From NCBI RefSeq assembly GCF_055900595.2, contig NZ_CM148325.1: 64,000 nt of DNA. One strand, 5' to 3'. A program made the position numbers and the translations under genes. How positions within the stretch are numbered: the first letter of the stretch is position 1; each line of letters begins with the position of its first letter. Of the stretch, positions 32,879-44,584 are shown in pieces. The notes beneath the pieces were generated by a model, which saw nothing but the letters and a program-made list of their open reading frames with translations, did no database searches and was not told the DNA's origin.

Positions 32879-34201
32879 TTATTCGCTGATACGGCGATAG
32901 ACAGTCGGTGTGCTTTCCGGTGCTTTATCGGCAAGTTTAATTGCCGCTTTCACCGCTTTCGCCGCTTCCTGCCAGCTGTTTTCGTCTTTCGCGTGGATAA
33001 CCGCCAGCGGACGCTGACCGTCTACCTGGTCGCCCAGACGCGCCATATCAGTAAAGCCGACGCTGTAATCGATGGTGTCAGATGCCTGACGGCGACCGCC
33101 GCCCATTGCAACCACTGCCATTCCCAGCGCGCGGGTATCCATTTCACTGACAAAACCTTCGGTATCAGCATAGACTGCTTTCGTCAGCATCGCTGTCGGC
33201 AGATACTTCGCGTAGTTCTCAACGAAGTCGGTCGGGCCTTTTTGTGCTGCCACCATACGACCAAAGACTTCTGCCGCTTTACCGTTGTCCAGCACCGCCT
33301 GCAATTTCGCGCGCGCTTCGGCGTCATCTTTCGCCAGTTTGCCGGAGGTAAGCATCTCCACGCACAGTGCCATCGTGACATCAAACAGACGCGGGTTACG
33401 ATACTCACCCGTCAGGAACTGCACCGCTTCACGAACTTCAACCGCGTTACCTGCACTGGAGGCCAGCACCTGATTCATATCGGTGAGCAGCGCGGTGGTG
33501 CGCACGCCAGCACCGTTAGCCACGCCAACAATCGCTTCGGCAAGGGCTTCAGAGAGTTCGTAGGTCGGCATAAACGCGCCGCTACCCACTTTCACGTCCA
33601 TCACCAGCGCGTCCAGACCTTCCGCCAGTTTCTTCGCCAGGATCGAGGCAGTGATCAGCGGGATGGAATCCACGGTTGCGGTAATATCGCGGGTCGCGTA
33701 GAAACGTTTATCTGCCGGAGCCAGTGAACTGGTCTGGCCAATAATCGCCACGCCGACGTCTTTAATAATTTCGCGGAAACGGTTGTCATCCGGGAAAATG
33801 TCGAAGCCAGGGATGGATTCCAGTTTGTCGAGCGTACCACCAGTATGGCCGAGGCCGCGACCGGAGATCATCGGAATATAGCCGCCGCAGGCAGCGACCA
33901 TTGGCCCCAACATCAGCGAAGTCACATCGCCGACGCCGCCGGTCGAGTGTTTATCAACAATCGGGCCATTCAGATGCAGGCTTTTCCAGTCGAGAACGGT
34001 TCCTGAATCTCGCATCGCCATCGTCAGCGAGACACGCTCCGGCATTGTCATATCGTGGAAGAAAATGGTCATCGCGAGGGCGGCAATCTGCCCTTCGGAG
34101 ATAGTGTTGTCGCGAATGCCGTTGATAAAGAAGCGAATTTCTTCATCGCTCAGCGCATGACCATCACGTTTTTTACGAATAATTTCTTGTGCGAGAAACA
34201 A
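32879..34201 (-). CDS. deoA: thymidine phosphorylase DeoA
   Basis: 440-aa [50 protein letters not shown]…. Confidence 0.95.
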
Positions 34202-34254
34202 GGTAACCTCCCGTGGAATAAGTTTGAAGGCGTTGTTGCCAGATGGCGGATGTT

Positions 34255-34350
34255 GTTATTGCCTGATGCGATGCTGACGCATCTTACAAGGCCTACACGG
34301 CACTCGACCCGTAGGCCGGATAAGGCGTTCGCGCCGCATCCGGCATCCAC
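34255..34350. repeat. REP elements between deoC and deoA
   Basis: GCCTGATGCGATGCTGACGCATC… and …GTAGGCCGGATAAGGCGTTCGCGCCGCATCCGGCA palindromic units. Confidence 0.8.
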
Positions 34351-34368
34351 CCTCTGGCAAAAGGCAGC

Positions 34369-35148
34369 TTAGTAGCTGCTGGCGCTCTTACCGTCGCCGT
34401 GGCCCAGCGCTTTCAGCAGGCTTGCCAGCAGGCTGGAAGCACCAAAGCGGTAGTGACGCGCATCTGCCCAGTCAGCACCGAACAGTTCATCTGCAATCGC
34501 GAGATATTTCTGCGCATCTTCCGCAGTACGCACGCCGCCCGCAGGTTTGAAACCAACGGTTTTCTCTACGCCCATATCACGGATCACTTCCATCATGATG
34601 CGCGCGCTTTCCGGCGTCGCGTTCACTGCAACTTTACCGGTAGAGGTTTTGATGAAATCAGCACCCGCTTTAATGGAGATTTCAGACGCTTTGCGGATCA
34701 GCGCTTCGTCTTTCAGTTCGCCGGTTTCGATGATCACTTTCAGCAGTACATTCGCTGCCGCGCAAGCCTCTTTACAGGCTTTCACCAGGTCAAAACCAAC
34801 CTGCTCGTTACCCGCCATCAGCGCACGGTACGGGAACACCACATCAACTTCATCGGCACCGTAGGCGATTGCCGCGCGGGTTTCGGCCAGCGCGATTTCA
34901 ATATCGTCGTTACCGTGTGGGAAGTTGGTTACCGTAGCGATACGGATTTCCGGGGTGCCCTGCTCTTTCAGCGTTTTGCGAGCAATCGGGATAAAGCGAG
35001 GATAGATACAGATAGCGGCGGTATTGCCGACCGGAGTTTTGGCCTGATGACACAGAGCGATCACTTTCTCATCGGTGTCGTCGTCATTCAGGGTGGTCAG
35101 GTCCATCAATTTCAGTGCACGCAGGCTGCTTGCTTTCAGATCAGTCAT
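34369..35148 (-). CDS. deoC: deoxyribose-phosphate aldolase DeoC
   Basis: ORF 34369..35172; likely start at [26 protein letters not shown] (259 aa). Confidence 0.93.
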
Positions 35149-35192
35149 TTCATTCTCCTGGCTTGTCGCCAATAAAATTCACCTTGCGAGTT

Positions 35193-35208
35193 TGTTAGTA
35201 TTCTAACA
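35193..35208. promoter_or_regulatory. DeoR operator O2 at deoP2
   Basis: 16-bp palindrome TGTTAGTATTCTAACA about 45 bp upstream of deoC, matching the DeoR consensus TGTTAGAA/TTCTAACA. Confidence 0.8.
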
Positions 35209-35406
35209 TCGACTCCGCAACACACTTCGATATACATCACAATTAAGGAAATCTACTTACAAAATTGCATTACTGTAATGCGATCTGGTTCAAATAATTC
35301 ACTTTCAAATGAATGCGTCAGTGGTGGCAAACGCATCAGGATCAAAGTGAACATCACGAAACTTCTTACAATGGCGCATCACCTTCGGCATAAAAAGGAA
35401 CAGAAG

Positions 35407-36957
35407 ATGCCCACTTCTCATGAAAATGCACTGCAACAACGTTGCCAGCAAATTGTCACCAGCCCGGTACTTAGCCCGGAGCAGAAACGCCATTTTCTGG
35501 CGCTGGAAGCAGAAAACAATCTGCCTTACCCGGCGTTGCCTGCCGAAGCCCGCCGCGCGCTGGATGAAGGTGTAATCTGCGATATGTTTGAAGGTCATGC
35601 GCCGTATAAACCGCGCTATGTCTTACCCGATTACGCCCGTTTTTTGGCCAACGGTTCCGAATGGCTGGAGCTGGAAGGCGCAAAAGATCTTGATGACGCA
35701 CTCTCTCTGCTGACCATTCTTTACCACCACGTTCCTTCGGTCACATCGATGCCGGTCTACCTGGGGCAACTGGATGCGTTGTTGCAACCGTATGTTAGAA
35801 TTCTAACACAAGACGAGATCGATATTCGAATAAAACGTTTCTGGCGTTATCTCGACAGAACCCTGCCAGACGCCTTTATGCACGCCAATATTGGCCCATC
35901 TGATTCACCCATTACCCGTGCGATTTTACGCGCAGACGCAGAGCTGAAGCAGGTTTCACCGAACCTGACTTTTATCTACGATCCTGAAATCACCCCTGAT
36001 GACCTGCTGCTGGAAGTGGCGAAAAACATCTGTGAATGTAGCAAACCGCACATCGCCAACGGTCCCGTGCATGATAAAATTTTCACAAAAGGGGGCTACG
36101 GGATTGTGAGCTGTTACAACTCACTGCCGTTAGCGGGTGGTGGCAGCACGCTGGTACGCCTCAACCTGAAAGCCATTGCCGAGCGCAGTGAATCGCTGGA
36201 TGACTTCTTTACGCGCACTCTACCGCACTACTGCCAACAGCAGATCGCCATCATCGATGCGCGGTGTGAATTCCTCTATCAACAATCACACTTCTTTGAG
36301 AATAGCTTCCTGGTGAAAGAAGGGCTGATTAACCCTGAACGTTTTGTGCCAATGTTTGGCATGTACGGACTGGCAGAAGCGGTTAACTTGCTGTGTGAAA
36401 AAGAAGGAATTGCCGCGCGTTACGGTAAAGAAGCCGCCGCAAATGAAGTGGGTTATCGCATTAGCGCGCAACTGGCGGAGTTTGTCGCCAATACCCCCGT
36501 GAAATATGGCTGGCAAAAACGCGCCATGTTACACGCACAGTCGGGGATAAGTTCCGATATCGGCACCACGCCGGGCGCGCGTTTGCCGTATGGCGATGAG
36601 CCAGATCCGATCACCCATCTGCAAACTGTCGCCCCGCATCATGCTTATTATTATTCCGGCATCAGCGACATTTTGACGCTCGACGAAACCATCAAACGTA
36701 ATCCGCAGGCGCTGGTACAGCTTTGCCTCGGTGCCTTTAAAGCCGGAATGCGTGAATTTACCGCCAATGTCAGCGGTAACGATCTGGTTCGCGTTACCGG
36801 TTATATGGTGCGTTTGTCGGATCTGGAAAAATATCGTGCCGAAGGCTCACGTACCAACACCACCTGGCTGGGAGAAGAAGCCGCACGCAACACTCGTATT
36901 CTGGAACGCCAGCCGCGCGTTATAAGCCATGAACAGCAGATGCGCTTTAGTCAGTAA
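35407..36957 (+). CDS. yjjI: YjjI-family glycine radical enzyme (function unknown)
   Basis: ORF 35278..36957; start likely at [15 protein letters not shown] (516 aa); C-terminal glycyl-radical-like motif [13 protein letters not shown]. Confidence 0.85.
   Translation: MPTSHENALQQRCQQIVTSPVLSPEQKRHFLALEAENNLPYPALPAEARRALDEGVICDMFEGHAPYKPRYVLPDYARFLANGSEWLELEGAKDLDDALSLLTILYHHVPSVTSMPVYLGQLDALLQPYVRILTQDEIDIRIKRFWRYLDRTLPDAFMHANIGPSDSPITRAILRADAELKQVSPNLTFIYDPEITPDDLLLEVAKNICECSKPHIANGPVHDKIFTKGGYGIVSCYNSLPLAGGGSTLVRLNLKAIAERSESLDDFFTRTLPHYCQQQIAIIDARCEFLYQQSHFFENSFLVKEGLINPERFVPMFGMYGLAEAVNLLCEKEGIAARYGKEAAANEVGYRISAQLAEFVANTPVKYGWQKRAMLHAQSGISSDIGTTPGARLPYGDEPDPITHLQTVAPHHAYYYSGISDILTLDETIKRNPQALVQLCLGAFKAGMREFTANVSGNDLVRVTGYMVRLSDLEKYRAEGSRTNTTWLGEEAARNTRILERQPRVISHEQQMRFSQ
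35793..35808. promoter_or_regulatory. DeoR operator O1 at deoP1, located inside the yjjI coding region
   Basis: Perfect 16-bp palindrome TGTTAGAATTCTAACA, 600 bp from the O2-like site, matching the reported 599-bp O1-O2 spacing. Confidence 0.8.
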
Positions 36958-37792
36958 GATTATCCCCTTCTCCTGCGTTGACGGGCCAGGCAGTCGTCTG
37001 GCTCTGTTTTTACAGGGCTGTAATCTGCGCTGCAAAAACTGTCACAATCCGTGGACAATGGGGCGCTGTAATGATTGCGGGGAGTGCGTGCCACAGTGTC
37101 CGCATCAGGCGTTGCAGATTGTTAACAGCAAAGTAGTGTGGAACGCAGCCGTCTGCGAGCAGTGTGATACCTGCCTGAAGATGTGTCCACAACACGCTAC
37201 GCCGATGGCGCAATCCATGAACGTGGACGAGGTGCTTAGTCACGTCCGCAAAGCGGTGCTGTTTATTGAAGGGATAACGGTAAGCGGCGGTGAAGCCACG
37301 ACCCAGTTGCCGTTTGTGGTGGCGCTGTTTACTGCTATCAAAAATGATCCACAACTGTGTCATCTCACCTGTCTGGTGGACAGTAACGGCATGTTGAGCG
37401 AAACCGGCTGGGAAAAATTACTCCCGGTGTGCGACGGCGCGATGCTCGATCTCAAAGCGTGGGGAAGCGAATGTCATCAACAGCTAACCGGACGCGATAA
37501 TCAGCAGATCAAGCGCAGCATTAGTCTGCTTGCCGAGCGCGGCAAACTGGCAGAACTGCGTTTGCTGGTAATCCCTGGCCAGGTGGATTATTTGCAGCAT
37601 ATCGATGAGCTGGCGGCGTTTATCAAGGGACTTGGCGATGTTCCGGTACGCCTGAACGCGTTTCATGCTCACGGCGTGTATGGCGAGGCGCAAAGCTGGG
37701 CGAGCGCCACGCCGCAAGACGTTGAGCAATTAGCTGATGCGTTACGGGAGCGCGGGGTAAGTCGGTTGATATTTCCAGCGCTGTATTTGTGA
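36929..37792 (+). CDS. yjjW: glycyl-radical enzyme activating protein YjjW (radical SAM / ferredoxin-like Cys clusters)
   Basis: 287-aa ORF with CxxCxNP and additional Cys clusters ([24 protein letters not shown]); overlaps the yjjI 3' end. Confidence 0.85.
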   Translation: MNSRCALVSKIIPFSCVDGPGSRLALFLQGCNLRCKNCHNPWTMGRCNDCGECVPQCPHQALQIVNSKVVWNAAVCEQCDTCLKMCPQHATPMAQSMNVDEVLSHVRKAVLFIEGITVSGGEATTQLPFVVALFTAIKNDPQLCHLTCLVDSNGMLSETGWEKLLPVCDGAMLDLKAWGSECHQQLTGRDNQQIKRSISLLAERGKLAELRLLVIPGQVDYLQHIDELAAFIKGLGDVPVRLNAFHAHGVYGEAQSWASATPQDVEQLADALRERGVSRLIFPALYL

Positions 37793-38021
37793 CATGCCGG
37801 ATGCGGCCTACGGTTCGGCACAGGCCTGTAGGCCTGATAAGACGCGTCAGCGTCGCATCAGGCATTCTGCGCCAACTGCCGGATGCGGCGTGAACGCCTT
37901 ATCCGGCCTACGGTTCGGCACAGACTTGTAGGCATGATAAGACGCGTCAGCGTCGCATCAGGCATTGTGCGTCGACTGCCGGATGCGGTGTGAACGCCTT
38001 ATCCGGCTTACGAAGGGCAGA
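37793..38021. repeat. BIME/REP cluster (several REP units)
   Basis: Repeated GCCGGATGCGGCGTGAACGCCTTATCCGGCCTACG and TGATAAGACGCGTCAGCGTCGCATCAGGCA units. Confidence 0.9.
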
Positions 38022-38804
38022 CTACCCACGAACGTTAAACACCGCGTACGTGTTATTAAGCAACACTTCGGCAATCTCATCCGCGGGTTCCGGGCGTAAC
38101 TCGCACAGCACGGCAAACACACGGGCGGCCTGCTCCGGGCGGTTAGCCTGCCCCTGAAAACCATTGAGCGGCATATCTGGTGCGTCGGTCTCCAGCAACA
38201 ACGATGCCAACGGTAATTTTGCGATGACATCACGGGTTTTACTGGCGCGTGGGTAGGTGATAGTACCGCCTACGCCAATTTTGTAGCCCAGCTGCACAAA
38301 CCGTTCGGCCTGTTGCAGGCTGCCAGAAAAACCATGAACCACACCAGTGCGTGGCAAATTTTGGCGTTTAAGATGCATCGCCAGTTTGTCGTGCGTGCGC
38401 CGTGAATGAAGGATCACCGGCAGATCGTAGCGTTTCGCCAGTTTCAGTTGTTCATCAAGCAACCACTGCTGCCTCTCAAATTGCGGATCGTCACCAAAGA
38501 GATCCAAGCCGATCTCCCCCACCGCCACCACCTTCGTCGGACGTCTTCCCAACGCCTGCTGTAACTGATCCAGCGATGCATCGTTATGTTTTTCCAACAT
38601 CCCCGGATGCAACCCTAAAGCGGCATACAGCGGTTGATAATTTTCCGCTAACGCCTGCACGCGGGCAAAATTTGCCGCCTCGGTGGCCGGAACAATGATC
38701 TTGCCTACGCCCGCTTGTGCCGCGCGTTGCAGGCTGGCCTCTTCATCGCCACTAAACGGCGGGAAATCAAAATGGCAGTGGGTGTCGATAAAACGGCAAA
38801 TCAA
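38022..38804 (-). CDS. yjjV: TatD-family metal-dependent hydrolase YjjV
   Basis: 260-aa ORF MICRFIDTHCHFDFPPF… (TatD HxH motif). Confidence 0.85.
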   Translation of the reverse strand: MICRFIDTHCHFDFPPFSGDEEASLQRAAQAGVGKIIVPATEAANFARVQALAENYQPLYAALGLHPGMLEKHNDASLDQLQQALGRRPTKVVAVGEIGLDLFGDDPQFERQQWLLDEQLKLAKRYDLPVILHSRRTHDKLAMHLKRQNLPRTGVVHGFSGSLQQAERFVQLGYKIGVGGTITYPRASKTRDVIAKLPLASLLLETDAPDMPLNGFQGQANRPEQAARVFAVLCELRPEPADEIAEVLLNNTYAVFNVRG

Positions 38805-39874
38805 GCCAAATCCTCATTGTTAAATGTCGGGTCGTTCGCCTGTGGAGCGTCTATCACCTCGGTAACCAGCGTATCGTTGGCGACGGGTGCAGGCGGAATA
38901 ACGATCGACTCCGGCGTCACCACCGGCACCAGATGGCGGCTCAGCGGCGCTTTTTCAGTCAATAACTTACCGACCGTTGCCAGAAAATAACGCCCGCATA
39001 AACGCCCAAGTTTATAGTCTTCACGCAGCGCCGGAATCCGACTGCCGAGCGCGATACTATGTAATGGCTTCGGCGGATAAATTTCGAATATCCGCAGCTT
39101 GCCCGGTGGTTTCTCAATAAATTGCTGAATCTCACGATAGCTGGTTTCATGATGCTGCACCAGATTGACCAGCGGCTGCAGGCTACTGTCACCCAACCAG
39201 CGTTCCATGCGTTTGAACCACTGCGGCGTATAGTACATTTGTGACGGCACAGTGCGGATGACGACCAACGTTTTTGCGCCCTGCCTTGCCGCCTCTTTAA
39301 CCGGGATCGCATCACTGATCCCGCCATCCAGGTAATTAATGCCTTCCAGCGACACTCCGGTACGATAAAAGCCCGGTATCGCACTGGAGGCGCGAATCAC
39401 ATCCAGCCAGTTTTGTTTAGTTGGCAAAAAGTAATTCGGCGCATAGTCATCCTGACGACAGGCGCACATATAAAATGATTTGCCGCTGTCAAATAGCCGC
39501 GCTGCGGTGTCCATTTGCAACGGCATCTGGCTTGCGGTGGCCTCCACCAGCCAGTCGAGATCGATAAGATTTCCTCCACGGACAAAGCGCAATGGATCGA
39601 AAAATTCGCGTTTTGTGGTGTAACGCATGATGACTTTGCGCGCGTAACCGGGCTGATTGCAGATATACGCCGAGAGGTTCTGCGCCCCAGCAGATGTGCC
39701 GAGATAAAGATCGAAAGGATTAAACTGCGCGCGCATAAACTCATCCAGCACGCCAGCTGTGAAAATTCCACGCTGCCCGCCGCCTTCGCACACCAGAGCT
39801 ATTCGTCCAGGCTGGAACGGCCTTAGCGACAACGGCGCAATATTACCAAGCGTTACAGGTATTCGCTGCCCCAC
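38801..39874 (-). CDS. yjjU: patatin-like phospholipase YjjU
   Basis: ORF 38801..39910 with GxGxxG (CEGGGQRG) and GTSAG lipase motifs; likely internal Met start. Confidence 0.85.
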   Translation of the reverse strand: MGQRIPVTLGNIAPLSLRPFQPGRIALVCEGGGQRGIFTAGVLDEFMRAQFNPFDLYLGTSAGAQNLSAYICNQPGYARKVIMRYTTKREFFDPLRFVRGGNLIDLDWLVEATASQMPLQMDTAARLFDSGKSFYMCACRQDDYAPNYFLPTKQNWLDVIRASSAIPGFYRTGVSLEGINYLDGGISDAIPVKEAARQGAKTLVVIRTVPSQMYYTPQWFKRMERWLGDSSLQPLVNLVQHHETSYREIQQFIEKPPGKLRIFEIYPPKPLHSIALGSRIPALREDYKLGRLCGRYFLATVGKLLTEKAPLSRHLVPVVTPESIVIPPAPVANDTLVTEVIDAPQANDPTFNNEDLA

Positions 39875-39995
39875 CTCTGCCTTCCTGTTTTTGTTGTGAA
39901 AGAATGACAAAGTAACGCAATTTATTATTCGCTAAAACCGCAAAAGCCAGTCCGTTGGACTGGCTTTGGATAAAATTTTCTTAATGGTCTGAAAT

Positions 39996-40157
39996 CTAGG
40001 GTCGTTTTCGGCCCATGAACAAACTCACCAGGAACAGAATAATCCCGACGACAAAGACAATTTTAGCTGCGCCTGCAGCAGTACCGGCCAGACCACCAAA
40101 CCCAAGTGCGGCGGCGATTAACGCGATAACCAGAAATATGATGCCCCAACGAAACAT
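39996..40157 (-). CDS. ytjA: DUF1328 small membrane protein YtjA
   Basis: [53 protein letters not shown] (53 aa). Confidence 0.8.
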
Positions 40158-40283
40158 AAGCGTCTCCTTTACCATAGTTAATGTCACCGCTTGATATGAG
40201 CGTGAAAATCACTCAATGCGATATTTTTAGTGTGGTGCACATCGCGCCTCCCGACAAAGTTCGGGAGGTCGAATTACGACGAA

Positions 40284-40889
40284 TTACTTAGTTTTCAGAT
40301 CATTTTTAACGCTTTTCACACCGTCTACCGCTTTGGCGATACTTTCAGCACGGTCGCTCTGTGCCTGAGAATCTACGGTACCGGAGAGCTGAACCACACC
40401 ATCGGTGGTTTCAACTTTCACTTTACGTGAAGGGACGATATCGTCCGCCAGCAGCTTGGCTTTGATTTCACTGGTGGTGGCGGTGTCACCCGCGTAGCCC
40501 TTCACAGAGCCTTCTTTAGCGTCGCGAACGTGCAGTTTGTCGCTGACAGAGGTCACGCCTTCAACGCCTTTCGCCACTTTCACTGCCTCTTCGGCCTGGG
40601 CCTGGCTTTCAACGAAACCGCTCAGAGTCACGACTTTTTGATCGGTTTTGACAGAGATATCGGTGCTCTTGATGTTGTCATGATCCACCAGGGCCGCCTT
40701 CACTTTCGCGGTGATGGCGCTGTCATCCATGAAATTACCGACTTTATTCATAGAGCTATCGACTTTTTGCCCTGCGCTTTCATTGGTAGTCTGCGCGTTG
40801 TTTTCTGCGTAGGCAGAGCCGGTCGCGACGGCAGAGGTCAACATTACAGCCAGCAGAGTTTTCGAAATCTTCAGTCTTGTCATAGTCAT
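40284..40889 (-). CDS. osmY: osmotically inducible periplasmic protein OsmY (two BON domains)
   Basis: ORF 40284..40967; likely start at [28 protein letters not shown] (201 aa). Confidence 0.92.
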   Translation of the reverse strand: MTMTRLKISKTLLAVMLTSAVATGSAYAENNAQTTNESAGQKVDSSMNKVGNFMDDSAITAKVKAALVDHDNIKSTDISVKTDQKVVTLSGFVESQAQAEEAVKVAKGVEGVTSVSDKLHVRDAKEGSVKGYAGDTATTSEIKAKLLADDIVPSRKVKVETTDGVVQLSGTVDSQAQSDRAESIAKAVDGVKSVKNDLKTK

Positions 40890-41281
40890 CGATTTATTCC
40901 TGTATGTTTGCTCGTAATTTGAGCCGGGCAACACGAGGTTGCATTGCTGAATAGGGAGAGACTTCACCCTCTACAGAAGTCAATGGTCGCCATCACAAAA
41001 GCGATGGGTGATGAATAACGACCATTACAGCCTCTGAATCAGTTATTAATATCGGTAGAATGACAATCGACGGCTTTAGATACTGATATCTACGCATTGA
41101 ACGGTATTTAACGCCGCCAGAAATGTCATTACTTTGTTAAATATAGATCACAATTTTGAAACCGCTCGGGATATCCGCTAAAACATAAGCAAAAGTGAAT
41201 GTTTTAAGAACATTCCGTAAGCGGCTAATAAGGAAGGGAAATTGACAGGGCGCAGCGGCTGCCGCACCCTGGAGGCAAGAA

Positions 41282-42871
41282 TTAATGCTCGCGAGTCTGG
41301 TGGAACTGAACGTCCGGATAACGTTCCTGCGCCAGGCGCAGGTTGACCATGCTGGTAGCGATGTAAGCGAGGTTATCGCCGCCATCAAGCGCCAGTTGGC
41401 TTTCGTTCTTACGCTTGAACTCTTCGAATTTCTTCGCGTCCGCACATTCTACCCAGCGTGCAGTGGCAACGTTGACTGACTCATACACTGCTTCAACGTT
41501 GTATTCGCTCTTCAGGCGCGCTACCACCACATCAAACTGCAGCACACCAACCGCACCAACGATCAGGTCGTTGTTGGAGATCGGACGGAACACCTGCACC
41601 GCGCCTTCTTCGGAAAGCTGTACCAGCCCTTTGAGCAGCTGTTTTTGCTTCAGCGGATCTTTCAGGCGGATACGACGGAACAGTTCCGGCGCAAAGTTCG
41701 GGATACCGGTGAACTTCATCATCTCACCCTGGGTAAAGGTGTCGCCGATCTGAATAGTGCCGTGGTTGTGCAGACCAAGGATGTCGCCCGGATACGCTTC
41801 TTCAACATGCGAACGGTCGCCCGCCATAAAGGTCAGCGCGTCGGAGATCACCACATCTTTCGCGGTGCGCACTTGGCGCAGCTTCATACCTTTTTCATAT
41901 TTACCAGATACCACACGCATAAACGCCACGCGGTCGCGGTGTTTCGGGTCCATGTTGGCCTGAATTTTAAATACGAAGCCGGTAAATTTATCTTCGCTCG
42001 CCTCTACGGTACGGGTATCAGTCTGACGCGGCATCGGCGCAGGTGCCCACTCTACCAGGCCATCCAGCATATGATCGACGCCGAAGTTACCCAGCGCAGT
42101 ACCAAAGAACACTGGAGTAATTTCGCCCGCAAGGAACAATTCTTTGTCGAACTCGTTAGACGCGCCTTTCACCAGTTCCAGTTCGTCACGCAGCTGCTGT
42201 GCCAGATCTTCACCAACCGCAGCATCGAGATCCGGGTTATTCAGCCCTTTAACAATACGGACTTCCTGAATGGTGTGCCCTTTACCGCTCTGATAGAGAT
42301 AGGTTTCATCTTTATAAAGGTGGTAAACGCCTTTAAACAGCTTGCCGCAGCCAATCGGCCAGGTGATCGGTGCACAGCCGATTTTCAGCTCGTTCTCAAC
42401 TTCATCGAGCAGCTCCATCGGGTCGCGGATATCACGGTCAAGTTTGTTCATAAAGGTGAGGATCGGCGTGTCGCGCAGACGGGTAACTTCCATCAGCTTG
42501 CGGGTACGATCTTCAACACCTTTTGCGGCGTCGATAACCATCAGGCAGCAGTCCACCGCCGTCAGAGTACGATAGGTATCTTCCGAGAAGTCTTCGTGCC
42601 CCGGGGTGTCGAGCAGGTTAACCAGGCAGTCGTGATACGGAAACTGCATCACAGACGTAGTAATGGAGATCCCACGCTGCTTTTCCATCTCCATCCAGTC
42701 CGACTTAGCGTGCTGGTTGGAACCACGGCCTTTTACTGTACCGGCAGTCTGAATGGCCTGTCCGAACAGCAGCACCTTCTCGGTGATGGTCGTTTTACCG
42801 GCGTCCGGGTGAGAAATAATGGCAAAAGTGCGGCGCTTCGCCACCTCTTGCAAATAAGGAGACAACGTCAT
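41282..42871 (-). CDS. prfC: peptide chain release factor 3 (RF3)
   Basis: ORF 41282..42898; translational GTPase motifs [20 protein letters not shown]; start at [14 protein letters not shown] (529 aa). Confidence 0.95.
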
Positions 42872-42961
42872 AATTCTTTCTTCTTGAGTAAGCGGCATCG
42901 CGCCGCGCTTGTTGAAAACGAAAAATTGCGGCTATTTTACCCATCAACGGGGGGGAGGCAA

Positions 42962-43639
42962 TCAGTGTTTACACAGGAGCTGCTCCAGTTCGTGCAACGA
43001 AGAAACGGTCCAGGTAGGCGCGATGCCTTCTGGTTGCTCGCGATTGTGCGCATTCAGCCAGCAGGTCGCAAGCCCGGCGTTGATGCCACCGAGAATATCG
43101 GACTCGGCAGTGTCGCCAACCATCAGCACGCGTGAACGGTCAGGATTGCCCGCCTGTTCCAGCGCATAATCGAAAATTTTCTTATTCGGTTTGGCTACGC
43201 CAACTTCTTCGGAAATCACCAACAAATCGAAATAATCACGCAGGCCCGTGCGTTCCAGACGCACTTGCTGCAAGGCGCTAAAGCCGTTGGTGATGATGCC
43301 GATTTTGGCGTTGCCGCGAATGGCATTAAGCAGGGAAACCGCGCCCGGCAGCGGTGTGCAAATTTCCGCCATCGCATTAATGAAGGCCTCGTTGAGTTTA
43401 CCTGGCTCGACGTTCAGCCGTTCGGCCCAGCTCTCAAAACGCCCGTGCTGAAGCTGTAATGAAGTGATCGCACCGTTTTGATAATCTACCCACAGGGGCT
43501 TGTTAACGGCCTGATAGTCCTGAAAATCTTCAGCGGTAAAAGTGACGCTGTAATCAAGAAACATCCGCTGCAGGCCGGTGAATGAGTCAAAGGTAAACAG
43601 CGTTTCATCGGCATCAAAGAAAATCCAGTCCCACTTCAT
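42962..43639 (-). CDS. yjjG: HAD-family pyrimidine 5'-nucleotidase YjjG
   Basis: 225-aa [23 protein letters not shown]… (HAD DxDxT motif). Confidence 0.88.
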   Translation of the reverse strand: MKWDWIFFDADETLFTFDSFTGLQRMFLDYSVTFTAEDFQDYQAVNKPLWVDYQNGAITSLQLQHGRFESWAERLNVEPGKLNEAFINAMAEICTPLPGAVSLLNAIRGNAKIGIITNGFSALQQVRLERTGLRDYFDLLVISEEVGVAKPNKKIFDYALEQAGNPDRSRVLMVGDTAESDILGGINAGLATCWLNAHNREQPEGIAPTWTVSSLHELEQLLCKH

Positions 43640-43653
43640 TATTCCACCTTGTC

Positions 43654-44100
43654 TTACATACTGATTGGCAACGCCATGATGATGGCGTCTTCGCGACCGT
43701 CCTTGGTGGGGTAGTAATTGCGGCGAATCGTCGCCTCGTTAAAGCCTAAACTTTCGTACAGGGCAATGGCGGCAGCGTTTGAGGCACGGACTTCCAGCCA
43801 TAGCGTCGCCACACCGCGTTTTTCCAGTTCGTCGATCAGATGTTCCAGCAGCGCCCTTCCCAGTCCCTGACGCTGATAGTCAGGATCGACCGCAATATTG
43901 AACAATGTAGCTTCATCCAGTACCACTTGCGTAATCGCAAACGCCGCCATTTTGCCGTTTTGCGTTAACTGAAAGTTGAGATAACGCTCGCCCTGATTAC
44001 TGGCAAAGGTTTTTTCACTCCACGGAAAGGCGTGGGCGCGTTGTTCAATGTGGAAAGCCGTTGGTAAATCAGTCGTTTCGAGGGAAGAAATCGTGTTCAT
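43654..44100 (-). CDS. rimI: ribosomal protein S18 alanine N-acetyltransferase RimI
   Basis: 148-aa GNAT ORF (…[22 protein letters not shown]…). Confidence 0.9.
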   Translation of the reverse strand: MNTISSLETTDLPTAFHIEQRAHAFPWSEKTFASNQGERYLNFQLTQNGKMAAFAITQVVLDEATLFNIAVDPDYQRQGLGRALLEHLIDELEKRGVATLWLEVRASNAAAIALYESLGFNEATIRRNYYPTKDGREDAIIMALPISM

Positions 44101-44482
44101 ATGTGCAAATTTGTTGCCATAACGCGGCGCGTGCCGTTGGGTTTGCCCGTAATTCGGTGAGCGCCGGTGATGCCACCTGAGCGCCTTCCAGTGATAGCGG
44201 TTCGTCAGTACCCAACCGCCAGCTGTTGCAGCGACTGCCTTGCGGCAGCATCGCGATTTTTTCTGGCGTCAGTTGCAGCACTTGATCGGGGCTGACGGTT
44301 AATGCACGCAGAACATCGCTCACCAGAGGATCGGTCAGGGCGGGAAGATCGTTTGCCACCATCACCAGACGGACGTGTGCCGGGATCGCAATGGCAATCT
44401 CCCCCTGCAACGCGCCAGGGCGACGCAGCGACCACTGGGTAATGCCCAGTTGCTGTAACTGCCAGTCTCGTCGGGATGTCAT
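44069..44482 (-). CDS. holD: DNA polymerase III psi subunit HolD
   Basis: 137-aa ORF MTSRRDWQLQQLGITQWSLRRPGALQGEIAIAIP…; overlaps rimI start. Confidence 0.9.
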   Translation of the reverse strand: MTSRRDWQLQQLGITQWSLRRPGALQGEIAIAIPAHVRLVMVANDLPALTDPLVSDVLRALTVSPDQVLQLTPEKIAMLPQGSRCNSWRLGTDEPLSLEGAQVASPALTELRANPTARAALWQQICTYEHDFFPRND

Positions 44483-44584
44483 AGCGAATCGCTCCTGTTG
44501 TCAGGGGCGCAAATATAGCAAATTCGTCGATACCGCGCCAACATATGGCTATAATCGCCGCCAGTATCAATTGAGGAGCATTCC

